DNA of 64,000 nucleotides from Clostridia bacterium (lineage in GTDB: Bacteria; Bacillota; Clostridia; UBA1381): the NCBI GenBank assembly GCA_900751885.1, contig CAADTH010000045.1, positions 92,836-156,835 of the forward strand, given 5' to 3'. This document shows positions 49,250 through 57,300 of the stretch, one piece after another. Every line of letters begins with the position of its first letter. Position 1 is the stretch's first letter. The position numbers and the translations under genes were made by a program. The notes under the pieces were generated by a model. That model saw nothing but the letters and a program-made list of their open reading frames with translations, ran no database searches and was not told the origin of the DNA.

Positions 49250-50356
49250 TTACGCCCCTATTTCATCAGTGACATTCCCGTCATAATCCAATAAATATAA
49301 TTTGTTTTTGTAAGCACTTGCCAATCCGTTGCTGAGTCCCTGTATAGAGCCAAAGTATTTTTTGATATTTATCTCTTCCACTCCACCGCCGTTCATATCA
49401 TAGCGATATAGCTTAGAATCAACTTTATAATATATATCATTATTACAAGCAAATACCGAATAGCTTTGTCGATCGATTTGTGTAAGTTCGCGACGGCTTT
49501 TTCCATCTAAGCTTATTGTGAAAGAGCGATATTCAGAGTCTTGATATATAATCTGATCTTCCATAAATAAAAAATCACGTACTCCTCCGTCAATGAGTTT
49601 CTCCTGTTTTCCATCCACTAAAGATATTCTTATCAATTTATAGTATTTTTTATCTGAATTCAAACTATTATCTGTTATGGTTGCATAAATATAATTTTTA
49701 TAAATTTTGGCTTTATATATTTCATCACCACGCGATCCGATATCTATCTCGATCGAACGCTCTGAATATTTTTCCGAATTTAATCTTTTTGTTAAAACAC
49801 CGCCATCACTTAGTGTATAATTATATTTACCATTGATTAAAACTATATCGGTACTGCTTGGTATATATGGTACTTTTTCAAACTCAGATGCCTTATCTAA
49901 TATTCGATAGCAATCATTTTCATTGCCCGTACTCTCTTCATAATAAATTCCATTGTCTGCTACAGCAATCACACTTATTATACTGCTAGATATTTGTTCA
50001 GTGATTTTTGTTCTTTTATTCATTCTACACAATCCGAAATCTTCAAAATCAATATAATATATATACGAACCGGTTTCATAAATAAAAGTGTTATCATATT
50101 TACTATTATTTACGCTTAGTCCTTCATCATAAATTTTTATATCATTAACACTAGAATAAACACGAAAAACATTGATGCTTGCGATAAAGAATAAAATCAA
50201 AATTGCCAGCATCATGATAAAGACTTTCTTTTTTGAATTATTTTTATAAGGATATATTACAGACGCCGCCTGAAACTGATTTTGCAGTTGATTTCCGCAG
50301 TAAACACAAAATTTTATTCCTTCTTTATTTTCTTTTCCGCACTGATTACAAAACAT
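49250..50356 (-). CDS. Zinc-ribbon / TM-anchored DUF5050-like beta-propeller protein
   Basis: Start at MFCNQCGKENKEGIKFCVYCG (RBS GAGGGAG), then a TM helix. Repeated blades (IYYID..., GIYYEE..., YIYATI..., IIYQDS..., DIYYKVDSKLYRYDMNGG). Confidence 0.68.
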   Translation of the reverse strand: MFCNQCGKENKEGIKFCVYCGNQLQNQFQAASVIYPYKNNSKKKVFIMMLAILILFFIASINVFRVYSSVNDIKIYDEGLSVNNSKYDNTFIYETGSYIYYIDFEDFGLCRMNKRTKITEQISSSIISVIAVADNGIYYEESTGNENDCYRILDKASEFEKVPYIPSSTDIVLINGKYNYTLSDGGVLTKRLNSEKYSERSIEIDIGSRGDEIYKAKIYKNYIYATITDNSLNSDKKYYKLIRISLVDGKQEKLIDGGVRDFLFMEDQIIYQDSEYRSFTISLDGKSRRELTQIDRQSYSVFACNNDIYYKVDSKLYRYDMNGGGVEEINIKKYFGSIQGLSNGLASAYKNKLYLLDYDGNVTDEIGA

Positions 50357-50369
50357 ACTCTTCTCCCTC

Positions 50370-50930
50370 TTACTTTTCTTTTTGTATCGCGACAACTCCA
50401 AGCACAGCTGTCAATATGCTCAGCAGTATAATGCTGGGCATTCTTTCAACATAGGGATTCAAAACCACTGTAATCGCTCCCATAAAGCTATCGCTTGTTG
50501 TTTGTTTGAAAAACAGGCTTGCAAGAATGATGATACATGTAGTCACTGCCATCGCAATCAGATTCTTATTTTTAGTTTTTTTTGAATAAAGGATAAAGTG
50601 TAATGCGCGGATAACTCCCCACATTCCTATTGCAAAATAGCAGGTGCAAAATGAAACAAATCCGATTCCATCCTGCCGAAGCAACAAATCCGAAACCGTA
50701 TTGACACTTGCTTTTAAGCAAACATTGAGTTGAAACAGTGCCAATACTGCAAATGATAAAATTGCCATCCAATGCAGCACCTTTGACACATCTATTTTAG
50801 ATATGCTTGCCGCACTGCCTGCATTGTGTCCATTTATAGCAACGGCTGTTGCCTCCCCATTGTCAGCACCGCACTTTGTACAAAACCGCTCATTGTTTAA
50901 CTCACTTCCACAATTGATACAAAATCTCAT
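50370..50930 (-). CDS. Zinc-ribbon protein with 4 predicted TM helices
   Basis: 186 aa. MRFCINCGSELNNERFCTKCG, then hydrophobic helices. Confidence 0.62.
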   Translation of the reverse strand: MRFCINCGSELNNERFCTKCGADNGEATAVAINGHNAGSAASISKIDVSKVLHWMAILSFAVLALFQLNVCLKASVNTVSDLLLRQDGIGFVSFCTCYFAIGMWGVIRALHFILYSKKTKNKNLIAMAVTTCIIILASLFFKQTTSDSFMGAITVVLNPYVERMPSIILLSILTAVLGVVAIQKEK

Positions 50931-50970
50931 AATCCTTCTCCTATCTCAAGGCTTTGCCTGAATGCTGCCT

Positions 50971-51396
50971 CTAGTCCTGTGTTTGTATTGGTTTCCCGCA
51001 TCGGGCACAAAACTTTGCGGTATCTTTATTGATATAGCCACACTCGCATTGGATTCCATTTTGGACTGGCGGCGGCGTTATCGGCTGTGTATATTGTACC
51101 GTCTGTATTTTTGCCTCCTCAAGCATTTGGAGCTGTTGTTTCAGCTGTATTATTTGTTGCTCGCGTCCCGCTATTTCATTACATAGTTCAACACACTGCT
51201 CTATCTGAATTTCTCCGCTTGTCTGCAGGTGATAGATTTGTGTGCCCATGCTATGTAGCAAATGATTTTTTTCCTGTTGTGCATCTTCAATCTGCGTATT
51301 TAATTTTGCCTTTTCAACTAACATCTTTGAGCCTTCGCTCACTGTATTTACCCCTTTGCTTACGCCTACCACCAGCTTATCCAAAAAACCTGCCAT
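50971..51396 (-). CDS. Coiled-coil protein with C-terminal zinc ribbon
   Basis: 141 aa. Helical N-terminus MAGFLDKLVVGVSKG..., Q/E-rich coiled coil, C-terminal CECGYINKDTAKFCARCG. Confidence 0.62.
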   Translation of the reverse strand: MAGFLDKLVVGVSKGVNTVSEGSKMLVEKAKLNTQIEDAQQEKNHLLHSMGTQIYHLQTSGEIQIEQCVELCNEIAGREQQIIQLKQQLQMLEEAKIQTVQYTQPITPPPVQNGIQCECGYINKDTAKFCARCGKPIQTQD

Positions 51397-51446
51397 TTTA
51401 CATTCCCCCTATTTATTTTTTAATATAAGTAACATACAAAAACCCA

Positions 51447-51824
51447 CTACTGCCGTTTGTATGCAGTAAATTGATTCCATGATAAAATAGCCAAGATAGC
51501 ATATACTGCAATATTCAAAAGGAAGCTTGTGTTAAATGAATACATGATAATACTGAACAGATTGCTGCATGCTCTCAGCCCAAAAGCCACCCCCAACGCT
51601 AACATATCATTTTTACTGAAGCTCAGCACAAGCCCCATGATGTAAATGAAGTATAAGATTGGACCTACAATTCCCACAATGACACTGAGAACGGTAAATT
51701 GGCACAACAGCAAATAGATTGGATAAATCAATACCAATATGCGTGAAATTTGTAAACCGATCAGCATGATATCTTTGCTTTTAAAATAGTCATTCAATAC
51801 CTTTTGTACATCTGATAATTTCAT
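51447..51824 (-). CDS. Small 4-TM membrane protein (first gene of the operon)
   Basis: 125 aa, RBS AAGAGGAAG, four hydrophobic helices. Confidence 0.58.
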   Translation of the reverse strand: MKLSDVQKVLNDYFKSKDIMLIGLQISRILVLIYPIYLLLCQFTVLSVIVGIVGPILYFIYIMGLVLSFSKNDMLALGVAFGLRACSNLFSIIMYSFNTSFLLNIAVYAILAILSWNQFTAYKRQ

Positions 51825-51987
51825 GTTACTTCCTCTTTTCTATAAGATTCTTTCGTTTCATTTTAAACCATCCATCGTTTTATATGCTTTGTTCATCGTT
51901 TTCGTACATCTGCCGTTTTTTTTATTTTATGCGTTCTGGCTGTACCCGACCGTTCTTATGTCAATCTTCTACATCCTATTTAAAAAA

Positions 51988-52029
51988 ATAAGAATCACCA
52001 CATAATTTACATTATGTGGTGATTCTTAT
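51988..52029. repeat. Left dif-like recombination site embedded in a 19-bp-arm perfect palindrome
   Basis: ataagaatcaccacataat-ttac-attatgtggtgattcttat. The 24-nt core accacataatttacattatgtggt lies at 51997-52020. Confidence 0.6.
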
Positions 52030-52171
52030 CGGATTTTATGATAAACAACGAATTCTTTTCTTTTAATAAACAAAAAACCCACTGCATTTAGACCGATAGA
52101 TACCTTAAAAATCCATCGGTCTGTTTCTGCTTACATTTTTTTCAACATTTTTCTTAATTTTTTAAAGTCTA

Positions 52172-52199
52172 TTGACAAACCCTTTTTTTCGACTATAAT
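52172..52199 (+). promoter_or_regulatory. Consensus sigma-70 promoter inside the flanked segment, currently facing away from the zinc-ribbon operon
   Basis: TTGACA (52172-52177), 16-nt spacer, TATAAT (52194-52199). Confidence 0.55.
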
Positions 52200-52227
52200 A
52201 TGTATAGAGAGAACTAAGAAGAATCAT

Positions 52228-52265
52228 CAAATAAACCACATAATGTAAATTATGTGGTTTATTTG
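52228..52265. repeat. Right dif-like recombination site embedded in a 17-bp-arm perfect palindrome
   Basis: caaataaaccacataat-gtaa-attatgtggtttatttg. The central 4 nt are the reverse complement of the left site. It ends 1 nt before the recombinase stop codon. Confidence 0.6.
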
Positions 52266-53114
52266 TTAGCACTGCAACAAGCCTAATTTCTGTATTTGTT
52301 TTCTGTGAACCTCTCCTGTTTCCATTGTATATATCCGTGTTGTATTTATATTGCTATGTCCAAGTATATCTGCAAGGCGTATAATATCCCTTTGGGCTGA
52401 ATAATATGTCCGGGCAAATAGATGTCTGAAGTTATGTGGAAATACCTTGTTTTTGTCTACCCCTGCGTCAGCACATAGCTTTTTCATGTCACTCCAAATA
52501 TTTGACCGATCCATAGGCTTTCCTGATTTTGTTATAAACACCGCTCCGCTGGTAATTCTTCGCTCTCTGACATATTTTTTGAGCAGCTGACAAAGCTGTT
52601 TGGGCAATATTACAATTCTCATTTTGCCTTTACAATTTATAGTTGCCTGTCCAGCCTTCACCGCTTCCACTGTAATAAATCTAAGTTCCGATACTCTGAT
52701 TCCTGTTGAACAAATGGTCTGCATTAAATAATATAACCTTTTGTTGTTTTTATCCAAAGCTGCCCTTAGCAGTCTTTGATATTCTGCCTTTGTCATCTCT
52801 TTTTCCTTGGCAGCAAATATTTGTCTTTGAATCTTTACCGCTTTCACCTTGCAGTCCGTCCACCCAACAAATTCCAAAAAACGATTCAGCGATGAAAGAA
52901 TTGCGTTAACGCTTGCGGGAGCATACTTTCCTATGATAATTTGCTTGTACTCCAACATTAAGCTCTTATCCACCTCTCTGTCTAAGCACCATTGTCCAAA
53001 TACCGTTACATCATGGATATATTTATTCAATGTAGAAATGGATTTTTCCTCGAACTTTAAATATTCTCTAAACTCATCAATTCTTTTTACTGTTATTTTT
53101 CTCATGCTTGCCAA
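52266..53114 (-). CDS. Tyrosine-type site-specific recombinase (Xer-like, 282 aa)
   Basis: N-terminal SAM-like core-binding domain. Catalytic region GIRVSELR, HNFRHLFA, LGHSNINTTRIYT (R...HxxR...H...Y). Confidence 0.88.
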   Translation of the reverse strand: MASMRKITVKRIDEFREYLKFEEKSISTLNKYIHDVTVFGQWCLDREVDKSLMLEYKQIIIGKYAPASVNAILSSLNRFLEFVGWTDCKVKAVKIQRQIFAAKEKEMTKAEYQRLLRAALDKNNKRLYYLMQTICSTGIRVSELRFITVEAVKAGQATINCKGKMRIVILPKQLCQLLKKYVRERRITSGAVFITKSGKPMDRSNIWSDMKKLCADAGVDKNKVFPHNFRHLFARTYYSAQRDIIRLADILGHSNINTTRIYTMETGEVHRKQIQKLGLLQC

Positions 53115-53273
53115 CTCCTTTTCTATAGTTTATCACGAATGAAAAAATATATTAGGAGTCTGTTTACAGTTTTTTATGTAATATGCCTTAACAGGAAAAA
53201 GCCGCTGGTATTTTCCATAAATCCTTCATTGATTCCAAACAGCAGCACCCTCTGACAATAAAATCTGATTATA

Positions 53274-53918
53274 TTAATTTCTAACTAAAGTATATGTGTT
53301 ACATTCCCCCTCGGGTGCTGAATTGAAATAGCTGGTATGATTGCATTCATATTTGACAGCATATGTAATACCACCGCCGCCATCTTTTATGCCTTTTATC
53401 TGAACTGTACCGGTAGTTGGCACTTTAAATTCCCGGGGTTTGTTTTTTATCATAAAAGCATTTCCAATAGGAGCACCATCAACTAAAATCTGAACATAAT
53501 CTCCGTCTTCTGCCGCATAATCCCAAATCCAAACTTTCGACTCATCCGATACGCTATCGTGAGTGACCGTGTAGTCCTGTACACCTATCGTTTCATCTGA
53601 CAGCATCAGTGTGGTGCCGGCAGATAATGAGGTAGAAATTTTTTCTCTAATAGCCTGCTTTGCCGCATCGGAAGTATTGATCGAAGGTGTAGTGCTGATG
53701 AAAAACATCGTTACCATTGATGCAATAATCAGGACAATTCCTGTAGTCTTTATCCATTTATCAAACGAGATTTTTCTATTTGTCTTTGGATTTTCTTCAG
53801 GCGGAGTTTGATTATTTTGAGTTGACTGAACAGATTCATTGTTCGCTTGTTCAGAAGTGTACAGTGTATTCATAGCTTCATTGATTGAATCCTGTGAGTC
53901 TTTTTTTCTATTATTCAT
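53274..53918 (-). CDS. Hypothetical single-pass membrane protein with beta-rich extracytoplasmic domain
   Basis: 214 aa. Low-complexity N/Q/S-rich N-terminus, TM GIVLIIASMVTMFFI, and a C-terminal domain with no recognisable motif. Confidence 0.5.
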   Translation of the reverse strand: MNNRKKDSQDSINEAMNTLYTSEQANNESVQSTQNNQTPPEENPKTNRKISFDKWIKTTGIVLIIASMVTMFFISTTPSINTSDAAKQAIREKISTSLSAGTTLMLSDETIGVQDYTVTHDSVSDESKVWIWDYAAEDGDYVQILVDGAPIGNAFMIKNKPREFKVPTTGTVQIKGIKDGGGGITYAVKYECNHTSYFNSAPEGECNTYTLVRN

Positions 53919-53923
53919 AAAAC

Positions 53924-54373
53924 TTACTCCTTCATGTATTTCAATGGTTTCATTTTAAAATACATGCACATGGCAATCCGGCACACAACCATTTGAACAA
54001 TCATTAATATACAAAACAATCTGTGTCTTGCTTCACTCTGGACTTCATAGCCATAATTTAAAATCGCAATTCCTACTACTATGATGAGAATGTCTAATAG
54101 AAGCGTCACAACATATGAATATAACCAGGGAAGCTTTTTGAAGCATTTCCTAAAACATGGCACAAGCATAGTGATAGAGGCCATTATTCCAAGTGCACCA
54201 AACAATGAAAATCCCGCAGTGTTACTAGCGAAACCAGAAGTAAGTATTGTATTCATATCTATCAACAACCCGAATGGTATGAAAAAAAGTTCCAATATTA
54301 AAGGAAAAACTATTCCTATAAACCATAAAATGGAAACCAGATTTGATATGGCATTTTTAAACCCATTTTTCAT
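53924..54373 (-). CDS. Hypothetical 4-TM membrane protein
   Basis: 149 aa. Its ATG overlaps the stop of the AAA+ gene by 4 nt, suggesting translational coupling. Confidence 0.5.
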   Translation of the reverse strand: MKNGFKNAISNLVSILWFIGIVFPLILELFFIPFGLLIDMNTILTSGFASNTAGFSLFGALGIMASITMLVPCFRKCFKKLPWLYSYVVTLLLDILIIVVGIAILNYGYEVQSEARHRLFCILMIVQMVVCRIAMCMYFKMKPLKYMKE

Positions 54374-57300
54374 ACCGAAACCTCCTTAATATCTTCGGCT
54401 GTTATTGTGATTAGCTCTTCTTTTGTCAAATCATTGTCCTTACTTAATCTAAGTGCCTGATTATCTACTGATTTTTCAAATACATTTCTAACAAATCGAC
54501 CGTTTCCAAACTGAGGATTCTGTTTTGCCGTCTCGAACAGATTATAAAGACTTTGCTTTGCCTGGGTATCAATCATATAGCCTTTAGAATTGTATTGTTT
54601 TTCCGCGATTTGAATCAATTCCTTTATGGTATAATCAGGAAACTCAATTATATTTGCAAACCTGGATTTTAGTCCCGCATTTTTTAACAGGAAATTGTCC
54701 ATATCATTGCTGTATCCAGCTAAAATAACAACCAATCTATCCCTATTATCATCCATCAATTTAACCAGTGTGTCAATGGCTTCTCTGCCAAAATCATTTT
54801 CGCCACCTTGTATCAGCGAATAGGCTTCATCAATGAATAAAACACCATCTAATGCACTTTGTACTATCTGTGTGGTTTTTATTGCCGTTTGACCAACATA
54901 TCCTGCTACAAGCCCTGCTCTGTCTGTCTCGACTAATTTGTTGGCTCTGATAACCCCCATATGATACAACATATTAGCAACTGTTCTTGCCATCATGGTT
55001 TTACCCGTCCCAGGATTGCCCTTGAAAATCATGTGCCTCGTTTGTGTTTCATCTACTTGTAATCCTAGTTTTCTTCGTTCTTCTTGCATCCTAAGCCGGG
55101 CATTCAGACTTCTCATGTAATTTTTAACAACTTCTAAGCCAATCACATTTTCAAACTCTTTTTCTATGTCGAATCTTATATTATCAGCTTTTTTCACAAC
55201 AATATCTTCAGGTAGAATAACATTCATTTCGTTTGATGCAACATCTGATATTGCAATTCTCGACGATTGATTTCTTACAAGTTCATCAATATAATTTCGA
55301 ATCATTCTTCCGTTGCCTGAGTGCACGTTTGAATGTTTCTGAAGATTATGAATCTGTTCCTTGAAAAGATTGACACTTGCATCTGTGAATACAAATCCCC
55401 TGCTCTCAATCATCTTCAAGCCAATTTGAAATAATTCATCAACTGAATAGTCTGGAAAATTGATTCTAAGAGGGAATCGGGATTCCAAGCCTGAATTTGC
55501 TTTTAAAAAATCTTTCATTTCTTTTTCATATCCAGCCAGTATAACCAATATTTCGCCTCGATAATCCTCAATCAGCTTAATGAGAGTGTCAATGGCTTCT
55601 TGACCAAAACTACTGCCATCGTTTGTTATCGCGTAGGCTTCATCTATGAACAAAACCCCACCCAAAGCCTTTTGAAATATCTCTTCTGTTTTTCTGGCAG
55701 TTTGCCCAACATATTCTGCTACTAAACCACGTTTATTGGTTTCAACTAAATGACCTGATTTTAAAATGCCCATCTGTTTGAACATATCGGCAACAACTCT
55801 GGCAATTGTTGTTTTACCTGTCCCAGGATTGCCAGAGAATATCATATTCAACGACTGGGTGGTATCCACTTTAAGGTCAGCCTTTCTACGCTTTTCCTGA
55901 GCAATAAGCAGCTTATGTTGTGTTCTGACAAAATCCTTAACTTTAGATAAACCAATTATTTTTGACAACTCCGTTTCCAAATCAAAGTTGTTTGTTTCAT
56001 CGAATTCAAAATCGGCTTTTGTTAATAATTCTAAATCAACAGTATGATCTTGGACAATACGCCTAGACTGCTTTAAAATAGCTGCTTCAACCATATTTCT
56101 CACCAATCTGCCATTACCATTGTCATTTTTACCCTTTATTTGAGATTTCTCAAATAATTTTAACAAGCCATCTTCGCATTCGCTATCAATACGATATCCT
56201 TTATTTCTTGCAGTAATTAAAGAGATATGATACAGTTCTGACGGCGTATAATCCTCGAAGTTTATCCTATTGGGAAATCTTGATTTTAAACCGGGATTTG
56301 CTTTCAAGAGTTCTCCTATTTCCTTTTCATAACCAGCCAAAATGACAACTAAATCATCACGGTTGTCTTCCATACCTTTAACAAGTGCATCAACTGCTTC
56401 AAGTCCAAAAATATCATTTTTATCTCTGTACAAGGAATATGCTTCATCAATCAATAGGACACCGCCAATACTGCTGCGAATCACTTGAGCTGTAAGCTGT
56501 GCCGTCTGACCAATATATTGCCCCACCAAATCGGCTCTTGTAACCTCCCTGAGTTGCCCGGAAGAAAGAACACCGATCGCTTTTAAATATTTTGCTACCA
56601 TACGTGCAATCATTGTTTTACCTGTACCCGGATTACCGGTAAATATCATATGCATGGAGACATCCGCAGCTTTAAGCCCTTGTACTCGTCTAAGCTCTTG
56701 AACCTTTAAATTTTCTTCAATGTTCAGCACATAATCTTTGACACTTTTAAGACCAATAACAGTATTGAGCTCTGTTTTTATCTTATCAGCTGCAACAGAA
56801 TCATACTTTTTCACAAAATCCGATAAAGCTATCTCTTGGTTATTGATTGTTGCCACAAAGCAGTTATTATATGAAAGAAAAACTGATTCTTCTGACTGTG
56901 TTTGATTTCTCAAACGATATTCAGATAAAGCCTTATAAATTTCGTTTTCTATATAATCTTCCAGTCCTTTAATTCCTGTTTTGGTATGAAAGGATGATTT
57001 GATTTTATCATTGAAGGCAGAATCTGTAGCTATATTCATTTTCAAATACTGTTTGCATTTATTTATAAAACGAGCAATCAACATATGAGTGATAGAAGCT
57101 ATTTCTTGCTCCTTAAAATTCTGCATCAAAATGATATCACCAATGCATTTTGTAAAAGCAGTGCCAAATGTTTCAGAAATCTGATTTTCTCCTTTTTCTG
57201 AAATAAATATAAAAAATTTACCGTTACAATGAAGTACATCAATAGAATTTGTTAACAAAGCTCCTGTTGCTTCAACCAGCATGTTATTCTGAAGCGCATA

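Larger units (their letters stand above)
51988..52265. promoter_or_regulatory. Candidate invertible promoter element (inverton) bounded by inverted dif-like sites
   Basis: The same 24-nt core occurs at 51997-52020 and, reverse-complemented, at 52235-52258. A consensus promoter lies between them and a tyrosine recombinase gene abuts the right site. Confidence 0.5.

Noticed and set aside
51823-52005. 60-aa plus-strand ORF upstream of the left recombination site
   Set aside because: It has no RBS and a hydrophobic, low-complexity translation, it runs into the palindrome, and it lies in the 5' leader of a minus-strand operon.
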